DNA of 47,307 bases from Nemertoderma westbladi (GCA_032718475.1 JAUCBJ010000619.1:1-47307), one strand, 5' to 3'. Positions 25,401 through 38,646 are shown, numbered from the stretch's first letter. Translations and numbers: made by a program. Notes: generated from the letters alone by a model not told the origin.

Positions 25401-28400
25401 GATTATTTGTAACATTGATATCATACAGATAAATTGGGCGAATAAAGGATTATTTGTAACATTGATATCATACAGATAAATTGGGCGAATAAAGGATTAT
25501 TTGTAACATTGATATCATACAGATAAATTGGGCGAATAAAGGATTATTTGTAACATTGATATCATACAGATAAATTGGGCGAATAAAGGATTATTTATAA
25601 CATTGATATCATACAGATAAATTGGGCGAATAAATGATTATTTGTAAAATTGATATCATACAGATAAATTGGGCGAATAAAGGATTATTTGTAACATTGA
25701 TATCATACAGATAAATTGGGCGAATAAAGGATTATTTATAACATTGATATCATACAGATAAATTGGGCGAATAAATGATTATTTGTAAAATTGATATCAT
25801 ACAGATAAATTGGGCGAATAAAGGATTATTTGTAACATTGATATCATACAGATAAATTGGGCGAATAAAGGATTATTTGTAACATTGATATCATACAGAT
25901 AAATTGGGCGAATAAAGGATTATTTGTAACATTGATATCATACAGATAAATTGGGCGAATAAAGGATTATTTGTAACATTGATATCATACAGATAAATTG
26001 GGCGAATAAAGGATTATTTGTAACATTGATATCATACAGATAAATTGGGCGAATAAAGGATTATTTGTAACATTGATATCATACAGATAAATTGGGCGAA
26101 TAAAGGATTATTTGTAACATTGATATCATACAGATAAATTGGGCGAATAAAGGATTATTTGTAACATTGATATCATACAGATAAATTGGGCGAATAAAGG
26201 ATTATTTGTAACATTGATATCATACAGATAAATTGGGCGAATAAAGGATTATTTGTAACATTGATATCATACAGATAAATTGGGCGAATAAAGGATTATT
26301 TGTAACATTGATATCATACAGATAAATTGGGCGAATAAAGGATTATTTGTAACATTGATATCATACAGATAAATTGGGCGAATAAAGGATTATTTGTAAC
26401 ATTGATATCATACAGATAAATTGGGCGAATAAAGGATTATTTGTAACATTGATATCATACAGATAAATTGGGCGAATAAATGATTATTTGTAACATTGAT
26501 ATCATACAGATAAATTGGGCGAATAAAGGATTATTTGTAACATTGATATCATACAGATAAATTGGGCGAATAAAGGATTATTTGTAACATTGATATCATA
26601 CAGATAAATTGGGCGAATAAAGGATTATTTGTAACATTGATATCATACAGATAAATTGGGCGAATAAAGGATTATTTGTAACATTGATATCATACAGATA
26701 AATTGGGCGAATAAAGGATTATTTGTAACATTGATATCATACAGATAAATTGGGCGAATAAAGGATTATTTGTAACATTGATATCATACAGATAAATTGG
26801 GCGAATAAAGGATTATTTGTAACATTGATATCATACAGATAAATTGGGCGAATAAAGGATTATTTGTAACATTGATATCATACAGATAAATTGGGCGAAT
26901 AAAGGATTATTTGTAACATTGATATCATACAGATAAATTGGGCGAATAAAGGATTATTTGTAACATTGATATCATACAGATAAATTGGGCGAATAAAGGA
27001 TTATTTGTAACATTGATATCATACAGATAAATTGGGCGAATAAAGGATTATTTGTAACATTGATATCATACAGATAAATTGGGCGAATAAAGGATTATTT
27101 GTAACATTGATATCATACAGATAAATTGGGCGAATAAAGGATTATTTGTAACATTGATATCATACAGATAAATTGGGCGAATAAAGGATTATTTGTAACA
27201 TTGATATCATACAGATAAATTGGGCGAATAAAGGATTATTTGTAACATTGATATCATACAGATAAATTGGGCGAATAAAGGATTATTTGTAACATTGATA
27301 TCATACAGATAAATTGGGCGAATAAAGGATTATTTGTAACATTGATATCATACAGATAAATTGGGCGAATAAAGGATTATTTGTAACATTGATATCATAC
27401 AGATAAATTGGGCGAATAAAGGATTATTTGTAACATTGATATCATACAGATAAATTGGGCGAATAAAGGATTATTTGTAACATTGATATCATACAGATAA
27501 ATTGGGCGAATAAAGGATTATTTGTAACATTGATATCATACAGATAAATTGGGCGAATAAAGGATTATTTGTAACATTGATATCATACAGATAAATTGGG
27601 CGAATAAAGGATTATTTGTAACATTGATATCATACAGATAAATTGGGCGAATAAAGGATTATTTGTAACATTGATATCATACAGATAAATTGGGCGAATA
27701 AAGGATTATTTGTAACATTGATATCATACAGATAAATTGGGCGAATAAAGGATTATTTGTAACATTGATATCATACAGATAAATTGGGCGAATAAAGGAT
27801 TATTTGTAACATTGATATCATACAGATAAATTGGGCGAATAAAGGATTATTTGTAACATTGATATCATACAGATAAATTGGGCGAATAAAGGATTATTTG
27901 TAACATTGATATCATACAGATAAATTGGGCGAATAAAGGATTATTTGTAACATTGATATCATACAGATAAATTGGGCGAATAAAGGATTATTTGTAACAT
28001 TGATATCATACAGATAAATTGGGCGAATAAAGGATTATTTGTAACATTGATATCATACAGATAAATTGGGCGAATAAAGGATTATTTGTAACATTGATAT
28101 CATACAGATAAATTGGGCGAATAAATGATTATTTGTAACATTGATATCATACAGATAAATTGGGCGAATAAAGGATTATTTGTAACATTGATATCATACA
28201 GATAAATTGGGCGAATAAAGGATTATTTGTAACATTGATATCATACAGATAAATTGGGCGAATAAAGGATTATTTGTAACATTGATATCATACAGATAAA
28301 TTGGGCGAATAAAGGATTATTTGTAACATTGATATCATACAGATAAATTGGGCGAATAAAGGATTATTTGTAACATTGATATCATACAGATAAATTGGGC

Positions 28401-31400
28401 GAATAAAGGATTATTTGTAACATTGATATCATACAGATAAATTGGGCGAATAAAGGATTATTTGTAACATTGATATCATACAGATAAATTGGGCGAATAA
28501 AGGATTATTTGTAACATTGATATCATACAGATAAATTGGGCGAATAAATGATTATTTGTAACATTGATATCATACAGATAAATTGGGCGAATAAAGGATT
28601 ATTTGTAACATTGATATCATACAGATAAATTGGGCGAATAAAGGATTATTTGTAACATTGATATCATACAGATAAATTGGGCGAATAAAGGATTATTTGT
28701 AACATTGATATCATACAGATAAATTGGGCGAATAAAGGATTATTTGTAACATTGATATCATACAGATAAATTGGGCGAATAAAGGATTATTTGTAACATT
28801 GATATCATACAGATAAATTGGGCGAATAAAGGATTATTTGTAACATTGATATCATACAGATAAATTGGGCGAATAAATGATTATTTGTAACATTGATATC
28901 ATACAGATAAATTGGGCGAATAAAGGATTATTTGTAACATTGATATCATACAGATAAATTGGGCGAATAAAGGATTATTTGTAACATTGATATCATACAG
29001 ATAAATTGGGCGAATAAAGGATTATTTGTAACATTGATATCATACAGATAAATTGGGCGAATAAAGGATTATTTGTAACATTGATATCATACAGATAAAT
29101 TGGGCGAATAAATGATTATTTGTAACATTGATATCATACAGATAAATTGGGCGAATAAAGGATTATTTGTAACATTGATATCATACAGATAAATTGGGCG
29201 AATAAAGGATTATTTGTAACATTGATATCATACAGATAAATTGGGCGAATAAATGATTATTTGTAACATTGATATCATACAGATAAATTGGGCGAATAAA
29301 TGATTATTTGTAACATTGATATCATACAGATAAATTGGGCGAATAAAGGATTATTTGTAACATTGATATCATACAGATAAATTGGGCGAATAAATGATTA
29401 TTTGTAACATTGATATCATACAGATAAATTGGGCGAATAAAGGATTATTTGTAACATTGATATCATACAGATAAATTGGGCGAATAAAGGATTATTTGTA
29501 ACATTGATATCATACAGATAAATTGGGCGAATAAATGATTATTTGTAACATTGATATCATACAGATAAATTGGGCGAATAAAGGATTATTTGTAACATTG
29601 ATATCATACAGATAAATTGGGCGAATAAAGGATTATTTGTAACATTGATATCATACAGATAAATTGGGCGAATAAAGGATTATTTGTAACATTGATATCA
29701 TACAGATAAATTGGGCGAATAAATGATTATTTGTAACATTGATATCATACAGATAAATTGGGCGAATAAATGATTATTTGTAACATTGATATCATACAGA
29801 TAAATTGGGCGAATAAAGGATTATTTGTAACATTGATATCATACAGATAAATTGGGCGAATAAATGATTATTTGTAACATTGATATCATACAGATAAATT
29901 GGGCGAATAAAGGATTATTTGTAACATTGATATCATACAGATAAATTGGGCGAATAAAGGATTATTTGTAACATTGATATCATACAGATAAATTGGGCGA
30001 ATAAATGATTATTTGTAACATTGATATCATACAGATAAATTGGGCGAATAAATGATTATTTGTAACATTGATATCATACAGATAAATTGGGCGAATAAAG
30101 GATTATTTGTAACATTGATATCATACAGATAAATTGGGCGAATAAAGGATTATTTGTAACATTGATATCATACAGATAAATTGGGCGAATAAATGATTAT
30201 TTGTAACATTGATATCATACAGATAAATTGGGCGAATAAATGATTATTTGTAACATTGATATCATACAGATAAATTGGGCGAATAAAGGATTATTTGTAA
30301 CATTGATATCATACAGATAAATTGGGCGAATAAAGGATTATTTGTAACATTGATATCATACAGATAAATTGGGCGAATAAAGGATTATTTGTAACATTGA
30401 TATCATACAGATAAATTGGGCGAACAAGGATTATTTGTAACATTGATATCATACAGATAAATTGGGCGAATAAAGGATTATTTGTAACATTGATATCATA
30501 CAGATAAATTGGGCGAATAAATGATTATTTGTAACATTGATATCATACAGATAAATTGGGCGAATAAAGGATTATTTGTAACATTGATATCATACAGATA
30601 AATTGGGCGAATAAATGATTATTTGTAACATTGATATCATACAGATAAATTGGGCGAATAAATGATTATTTGTAACATTGATATCATACAGATAAATTGG
30701 GCGAATAAAGGATTATTTGTAACATTGATATCATACAGATAAATTGGGCGAATAAAGGATTATTTGTAACATTGATATCATACAGATAAATTGGGCGAAT
30801 AAATGATTATTTGTAACATTGATATCATACAGATAAATTGGGCGAATAAATGATTATTTGTAACATTGATATCATACAGATAAATTGGGCGAATAAAGGA
30901 TTATTTGTAACATTGATATCATACAGATAAATTGGGCGAATAAAGGATTATTTGTAACATTGATATCATACAGATAAATTGGGCGAATAAATGATTATTT
31001 GTAACATTGATATCATACAGATAAATTGGGCGAATAAATGATTATTTGTAACATTGATATCATACAGATAAATTGGGCGAATAAAGGATTATTTGTAACA
31101 TTGATATCATACAGATAAATTGGGCGAATAAAGGATTATTTGTAACATTGATATCATACAGATAAATTGGGCGAATAAAGGATTATTTGTAACATTGATA
31201 TCATACAGATAAATTGGGCGAACAAGGATTATTTGTAACATTGATATCATACAGATAAATTGGGCGAATAAAGGATTATTTGTAACATTGATATCATACA
31301 GATAAATTGGGCGAATAAATGATTATTTGTAACATTGATATCATACAGATAAATTGGGCGAATAAAGGATTATTTGTAACATTGATATCATACAGATAAA

Positions 31401-32651
31401 TTGGGCGAATAAATGATTATTTGTAAAATTGATATCATACAGATAAATTGGGCGAATAAAGGATTATTTGTAACATTGATATCATACAGATAAATTGGGC
31501 GAACAAGGATTATTTGTAACATTGATATCATACAGATAAATTGGGCGAATAAAGGATTATTTGTAACATTGATATCATACAGATAAATTGGGCGAATAAA
31601 TGATTATTTGTAACATTGATATCATACAGATAAATTGGGCGAATAAAGGATTATTTGTAACATTGATATCATACAGATAAATTGGGCGAATAAATGATTA
31701 TTTGTAAAATTGATATCATACAGATAAATTGGGCGAATAAATGATTATTTGTAACATTGATATCATACAGATAAATTGGGCGAATAAAGGATTATTTGTA
31801 ACATTGATATCATACAGATAAATTGGGCGAATAAAGGATTATTTGTAACATTGATATCATACAGATAAATTGGGCGAATAAATGATTATTTGTAACATTG
31901 ATATCATACAGATAAATTGGGCGAATAAATGATTATTTGTAACATTGATATCATACAGATAAATTGGGCGAATAAAGGATTATTTGTAACATTGATATCA
32001 TACAGATAAATTGGGCGAATAAAGGATTATTTGTAACATTGATATCATACAGATAAATTGGGCGAATAAATGATTATTTGTAACATTGATATCATACAGA
32101 TAAATTGGGCGAATAAATGATTATTTGTAACATTGATATCATACAGATAAATTGGGCGAATAAAGGATTATTTGTAACATTGATATCATACAGATAAATT
32201 GGGCGAATAAAGGATTATTTGTAACATTGATATCATACAGATAAATTGGGCGAATAAAGGATTATTTGTAACATTGATATCATACAGATAAATTGGGCGA
32301 ACAAGGATTATTTGTAACATTGATATCATACAGATAAATTGGGCGAATAAAGGATTATTTGTAACATTGATATCATACAGATAAATTGGGCGAACAAGGA
32401 TTATTTGTAACATTGATATCATACAGATAAATTGGGCGAATAAAGGATTATTTGTAACATTGATATCATACAGATAAATTGGGCGAATAAATGATTATTT
32501 GTAACATTGATATCATACAGATAAATTGGGCGAATAAAGGATTATTTGTAACATTGATATCATACAGATAAATTGGGCGAATAAATGATTATTTGTAAAA
32601 TTGATATCATACAGATAAATTGGGCGAATAAAGGATTATTTGTAACATTGA
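19458..32651. repeat. 47-bp satellite, ~13.2 kb, ~281 units
   Basis: Unit CAGATAAATTGGGCGAATAAAGGATTATTTGTAACATTGATATCATA; highly homogeneous, with regionally clustered variants. Confidence 0.98.
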
Positions 32652-32911
32652 ATGCATCCACCCTGATAACTTATCTGACGTTTTAGCACATTTATCCTAT
32701 AATGTATATAATTTAGGACCTACATTATTGGCAGTTAAAATATTCTTACAATATTATTAATGATATTTTTATTTTTTATTTCTCTTTCTTTTTTGAATTT
32801 CACAGGACTTATAACTTTTTATTTCACTTTTAACTTAATAAATATTAAGTGATTTAATCAGATAGCACTGATGTAGTTGATTTGATGGCGTTTGAAGATT
32901 GACTCATTGGA

Positions 32912-32988
32912 ATGTTCATGGAATTACAACACCAAGGAAATGCCCTGGAATCTTCTACCTCCAGTTCCAATTCTGTAGACTATTACAG
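32912..32988 (+). CDS. Probable first coding exon of a CFAP97-domain host gene (MFMELQHQGNALESSTSSSNSVDYYR)
   Basis: ATG at 32912 shortly after an in-frame TGA; ends at consensus donor CAG|GTGAGT in phase 2, matching the phase of the 35444 exon; strong pyrimidine-tract acceptor at 32805 upstream. Confidence 0.5.
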
Positions 32989-33426
32989 GTGAGTGAGGCC
33001 ATGTGGTCTATTACAGGTGAGTGCGACAATGTGGTCTATTACAGGTGAGTGCGACAATGTGTTCAATTACAGGTGAGTGCGACAATGTGGTATATTACAG
33101 GTGAGTGCGACCATGTGGTCTATTACAGGTGAGTGCGACAATGTGGTCTATTACAGGTGAGTGCGGCCATGTGGTCTATTACAGGTGAGTGCGACAATGT
33201 GGTCTATTACATGTGTGTGCGACAATGTGGTCTATTACATGTGAGTGCGACAATGTGTTCTATTACAGGTGAGTGCGACAATGTGGTCTATTACAGGTGA
33301 GTGCGACAATGTGTTCCATTACAGGTGAGTGCGACAATGTGGTCTATTACAGTTGAGTGCGACAATGTGGTCTATTACAGGTGAGTGCGACAATGTGGTC
33401 TATTACAGGTTAGTGCGACAATGTGG
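32980..33426 (+). repeat. 28-bp minisatellite, 16 units, each carrying the exon end and splice-donor site
   Basis: Unit CTATTACAGGTGAGTGCGACAATGTGGT; 12 of 16 units have intact CAG|GTGAGT. Confidence 0.95.
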
Positions 33427-34287
33427 CTGCACTTCGTTATACGTTTTAATAACTCGGTGCCGCGATCTCATTACGTCACTACATCGATTTTAATTGACTC
33501 ACAACCATGCCCCCCTCAACTGTAAATTCAACTTTTCAATTCGTGTGGTACGGCGAGCCAAAGCACATAACCAGAAGCCAGGTTCCCATTATATAGCTGG
33601 CTTTGGAAATCACCAACGACTAAACTGTCTTCCATAGTGACACAACTGTAGTGCGAAATCACTGCGCTTACAGTCAGCGCTTACATAAAAATACGAAAAA
33701 TTAAATCATTTTTCCAGATACGGGGCGGGAGGTGGTGGATAATTGAGGCATGGAAGAAACACATGATACAGCGCCTGCGGCCAACAAAGGTCCTTAAAAA
33801 CAAACCAGCTCTGATCTTTTGAACTTTTAAAATTAGAAGTTTCAGACGATTATATACTAATTATTTTCAAACAATAAATATATATATAGTCCGGCAGATT
33901 TTGCCGTTTTTTCACTGAACTTTGCATGGGTGTACCTATAGTAAATGTTTTTGGTGATCTTGGTAGGAAATTTTATTTCGATCAATCGACTGATGTACAG
34001 CTTGCATCATTGTGGATTTTGTGTAATTTGTAATTTAAAAGATTGTGCCCAGGAACAGTTAATTAAGACGATTAGTCCAATCGGTTCCATATAGTTTAGT
34101 AATAAATTTACTGTTGAAAATGAACAAATGGTAGGCCTGCATGTGTTGTCGCTAAACGTGACAGTTGCCGAAACGCGACAGAACCGACCTGCATTGTTTA
34201 CATTACATTAAACTTACATCACCGGAATCCCCATATTATGGCACACTTTTATGAGAATTTTCGTTTCAGTCTTCCATCCCATATTTT

Positions 34288-34446
34288 TACATTTATTATA
34301 GGAAGGGATCTAGGATCGGTAAAAAAAAAGTACGCATGTGATGGGATTAGTCCTACAATTGCGCCAATAAAAGATAAGTTATTTTCGGTAAAATAAACTT
34401 ATCATTCGAGGTAAAGACCCCTAGATCCCTTCCTATAATAAATGTA
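34288..34446. repeat. 27-bp perfect inverted repeat with 105-bp spacer (small MITE or fold-back)
   Basis: TACATTTATTATAGGAAGGGATCTAGG at 34288-34314 and its reverse complement at 34420-34446. Confidence 0.8.
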
Positions 34447-34795
34447 TAATAACAAATACCTCGAAAAATACAGCTTGCCAACACATTGTTACTATCCCAT
34501 ATTTTTGTTGGAGACGATTATATAAATATAGTTTTTTAATGTATTTGGTTGGAAGTTTAAAATTAATATTTGCATCTACTGCCATCTTGGAATAGTTTTT
34601 TAAATATATTAAGATACGACCAGGCATTTAAAATTGAAGTTGATGCAATGTTATGTCATTGAATAATTTTAAAAGTAATTTAACTGTACAGAACCTCTCT
34701 ATGGTTACAATACAGCGCACAGTAAATTGGAAACTGGAGTTGCTCCCATTGGAATAATAGTGAGTAAAAACGTTCTGGAACACACCCCTAGGGGA

Positions 34796-35097
34796 GGTTG
34801 GGTGCAATCTTCGCCCGCGTACAACATTCGCTTGCGTCCGCGTACGAGACGGCTTTTTCTAACCAAAACAATAAACGACGGTGTTACTAATTGAGGGAAA
34901 AGAGCAGGTTACAGAGACGGCTTTTTAACCAAAACAATAAACGATGCTGTTACTAATTGAGGGAAAGGAGCAGGTTACAGAGACGGCTTTTTCTAAGCAA
35001 AACAATAATTGTTTATTAGTTTATTGGGCGAAGGTTGCTCACGGGCGAAGATTGCCTACGGGCGAAGGTTTCCGCCGGGCGAAGTTTGCTGCGTACC
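34796..35097. mobile_element. MULE-like MITE with internal 66-68-bp tandem repeat
   Basis: 9-bp TSD CCTAGGGGA / CTTAGGGGA (1 mismatch); imperfect 22-bp TIRs containing CTTCGCCCG; four subterminal GGGCGAAG copies; internal repeats start at 34846, 34914 and 34980. Confidence 0.65.
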
Positions 35098-35443
35098 CTT
35101 AGGGGAACGAAATCATATTGCCTTTGCAAATAAAGTCATATCCGGTGCAGAATTTGGTCACAACAGGAAAATCCTTAATGATGCCAGATGGTTATCAGTC
35201 GGATTATTTACGACAATATTACCTACCCAAATCAGTTAAAACTTGCAGTTATGCAGTTAAAACATACTTCCATACGGTATGATGTAATATCTGCCGGACT
35301 AATAGGCCTATAAAAAGAAAGGGCTGTGTGTATATCTAATAATATATGCATTAGATTCTTAATTTGATATGAATATTTTTTAAATGTAAGTTTAAATAAT
35401 CATCTTTTTTATGCAACTTGAGATGGTCATATTTGTTTTCCAG

Positions 35444-35588
35444 ATCCGGTTTGAGGGTGAATCTTCGGGAGCGATGGGATAAACAGAGTTACATGAAACA
35501 TCGCGAGAAGTTGAGACAAATAAAATCCAATATTGAGAATAAAACACCAGAAGGGTTTCCACCACCAGTGAACGCGAAGCGAATGGCT
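35444..35588 (+). CDS. Internal exon of a CFAP97-domain (CFAP97D1/D2, KIAA1430/hemingway-like) protein
   Basis: Acceptor TTGTTTTCCAG, donor GCT|GTTAGT; the peptide LRERWDKQSYMKHREKLRQIKSNIENKTP resembles the L..RWD..SY..HR.K....P.VD..P pattern recalled for CFAP97D2. Confidence 0.68.
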
Positions 35589-36878
35589 GTTAGTTATTAC
35601 TTGTTGCGTTGCGTGTGGGGGATGGTAGTGTAATTAATGAATATGAAAGTAGTTTGATGTTATTTTAGAAGCTCCAGGATAGTCAGAACTAAGGTTTTTA
35701 CCAAGCTATTTGTTTTTGTGTGAATCGCATTACAGGAAACCTATGATACTGATACTACTAATACATAAATCGGAGTGAACCTTCATGACCGAATGATAAT
35801 TTAACATCTCAGTCATTTAGTTTTTATTGTAAGGACAGTTTTGTCCTCTGAAGTTGTTGCCTTATTAATTTATTTTAATATATTTCCTTATTAATATAGA
35901 AAAAAGGCATAGTCACACCGTCACGGTCTCTCATGCAGTCACACTGCGTGCTTCCTCTTATATGATTTAATTTCCTTCCCCAACGGATGCCATTAATATG
36001 ATTATATTGTGCTACTCATCCGTTCTCGCACCGCTATCATTCCGGATGCTGCCTGCCAAGGCTCACAATAATCCCCTACCATAACCGCGTGAATCAAAGG
36101 AAATCCTGGTGGAATCCAGAAATTAATTATCTTAACATCGTGATATATCGTACGCATTAAGTAACATTTAATATGTCTGTCATAGTGTGCCAGGGGAACG
36201 TTAAAACGCGACATTGTTTGTCGTAGTCTGGTGTAACAGAAAGGCTTAAATTCTTACCTAATCCATTTCGATTTCGCTGTTGGACGTGCATCGAATTATG
36301 TGAGTTCAACACAATGCAGTTTAGTACGGGGTAATTAATTCATTCTTTATACATCCACTATCTTGCAGTAATTATCCCTCTGAAGGGAATTTTTATTTTC
36401 TTTTAGGATAAAGGTTTTCAGCCTATAATCTATGATCAATAGCATACTGTAGTCCAGTGTCTGTAAGGCTATTGTATACTGTATGTATTATCAGGTCAGA
36501 TCTACTCTAATTAAGTCCGTTTCCTAATGTTCCTTGATGAGTCATTCTATTTGAAAGACTCCAGTCCTTGCATTGACTAATATATCGTCAGAACAATGAA
36601 TGATTCCTTTATTGCTTCGTGCTTTTCCAGTTGTCAGTGATTGAAGCTTCTGTAGTGTAACGTTCCAACCGGCGTCTAATACGCCAAGACAGACATATGC
36701 ACTCACTGTATGTGCAGTGCATATATGTATCAGTGCTTTACATTAACTGTGAGTAAGGTGCATACACTGAAGCGTACGCAACTTCTTTATTCGGGGCACA
36801 GTTATGTTTCTTCATCATGCTATTAATTTTGTTATGCCACTTTTGATGCGGTTAACTTTTGTGGTAAACCATATTCAG

Positions 36879-36967
36879 ACTGCCGGTATAGAACTGACAC
36901 GTGTCTTACTTGCAACAAGTACAGAGAGGACATTGGATTCTGAGATCTGCCCTCCGAATAAGAAAGT
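36879..36967 (+). CDS. Possible further exon (TAGIELTRVLLATSTERTLDSEICPPNKKV)
   Basis: ATTCAG acceptor, GTAAGT donor, open in phase 0 as the preceding exon requires; no family similarity recognised. Confidence 0.22.
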
Positions 36968-37384
36968 GTAAGTTATGGTTAGCTTTAAATAAACTCAATA
37001 AGGGTATGTAAATCACCTGGAATCAAATCTTATCTGAAGGTAATATTTCTTCCAGCAGCAGTAGAGCTGCTATATGGCGGCCCTAACTCTGGTCTCTTAC
37101 TGCAGTAGATAGATACCAGATCCGTTTATGGTACCACACCAGAATTCTACGCCAGACGTCATTAGTCTAGCTGGCCACCTCTTACGCAGAACTGAACAGC
37201 CTAAGCCTGGTCTTCTTCTATGTCAGCCTTCTGGTGATGTTTTGGAACATTGATGTTTGTTATTGACATTCAAGAAACGCCGTCTAAAATACACTAGTTC
37301 TCACGATAAGGCATACAGTGCGCCTGATAAAAGAGGGGCTAGCCAGTTGATTGAATACTGGGGGCTTACAATATATTGGTTGTA

Positions 37385-37448
37385 GGTTCGAGACCTACCT
37401 GGGACCCCTCATCCTTCCATCCACTGGGGTCGATAAAATGAGTACCAG
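37385..37448 (+). mobile_element. tRNA-derived SINE fragment with Nin/Deu-type core
   Basis: B-box-like GGTTCGAGACC followed by CCTTCCATCCACTGGGGTCGATAAAATGAGTACCAG, which resembles the conserved Nin/Deu SINE core. Confidence 0.65.
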
Positions 37449-37859
37449 ATGAATTAATGGGAGCATCCTAGAGGTGTGAACGATGTATGAGGAAAAGTGA
37501 GTTTAAAATATTTAAAATGTTATTCTACAGTACTTGAAATCCTACGAGAATTTATTGATTTTACATTCCAAATTCACAGAAATTGATATTAGAACCAATT
37601 TCTTTCTAATAACGGTATGGTCTCACAAAGTTTTTCGGGATTGCAGAAAAACATTTTGTACCATTCGATATCATCAAGAAGTTCGTCATTGTGTGACCAA
37701 TAAACCAATTAATTAATTAAATATCTCGCCTCTTCCTTTTATTTCATAATATTTTTCATTTTTCTCTGATGATTTCACTGAGAGATGATACCTATAAGGA
37801 CTAACATATATTGTAAGTCTGGCGCATCGAAAATGTCATGCAGTGAAATGTGGAAAAAC

Positions 37860-38636
37860 TGTAAGGATACTGTCCTGCGCATGATGTTTAAGAGCGGAGA
37901 CGTTCACACTTCGAGATTTATTTGTGTCCGACAGTACGAACACTAATACGGACGGCATCAATAACTTTCATTTTGCGATATTCAGCGTTTAAATACAGTG
38001 TATCGGGAGCGGCTGTACCTCATTAATGGTCGGTCCCTGCACCACTCTACACTAACCCCTTGCCACACATTCTCCTTATACAGCAATTAACTCAGATGCT
38101 AATTATAATTTTTTTAACAACACCCTCAAGTAGAATATAACTGCCCCATGAACTAATATTACACTGTTAGAAGATAAATTGCACTTACGTTCGAAAAACC
38201 TTTAGTCTGTTAGCCATTAAGCTTGTTCATTCATTGATGATTTCAGGTGCTTGTTTATAGGTTAATAGCTAACATTCGTCTAAATTAATGCAGCATAAAT
38301 CCAATTGGTGTTTTAAAGATTAAAATTAAGTTTTCCTCTAGTATAGTGAGTGAGTGATATGTATTAGTATTATTGCTTGTGTTAAAATTAGTGGTGTGAA
38401 TTATTTTCGAATTGTTGCGAATAAAGAATAATTAAATTTCGCTGTGAGGGATATCAGGATCATTGACAATGTAACAGAATAGCACGGCCTTGTCAAATAA
38501 ACCGGCATGCTTATTTATGAAGCAACATTACTTCTTCAACAACAAGGTGGTTAATATATTTGCACCTTCACATATCTTACAAAGGGGTGATGTAGGCTAC
38601 GATTTATTGCGCATGCCACATGTACAATCTGTAACA
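37860..38636 (-). repeat. Candidate 3' LTR of BEL2 (start at 38636 solid, end at 37860 tentative)
   Basis: Starts TGTTACAG after the PPT; minus-strand AATAAA at 37917-37922 and ...CCTTACA at 37860. Confidence 0.45.
37957..38136. repeat. 180-bp direct repeat, copy 1
   Basis: Matches 47125-47304 with 5 mismatches counted. Confidence 0.93.
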
Positions 38637-38646
38637 GTCCCCCCTT
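38637..38646 (-). promoter_or_regulatory. Polypurine tract of BEL2
   Basis: Minus strand AAGGGGGGAC directly before TGTTACA. Confidence 0.8.

Larger units (their letters stand above)
33887..35301. mobile_element. Non-autonomous TIR DNA transposon, Academ-like
   Basis: Perfect 13-bp TIR TAGTCCGGCAGAT (33887-33899 / 35289-35301) flanked by ATA on both sides; TAG termini and a 3-bp TSD fit Academ as recalled. Confidence 0.6.

Noticed and set aside
32186-32422. 78-aa ORF inside the satellite
   Set aside because: Chance open frame produced by 46-bp variant units; the peptide simply repeats.
16736-33426. CRISPR-like arrays (52-, 47- and 28-bp repeats with palindromes)
   Set aside because: Units are head-to-tail with no unique spacers, there are no cas genes, and the context is eukaryotic.
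35023-35032. ATTGGGCGAA shared between the MULE-like MITE and the 47-bp satellite unit
   Set aside because: A 10-bp match with no flanking similarity; insufficient to claim common origin.
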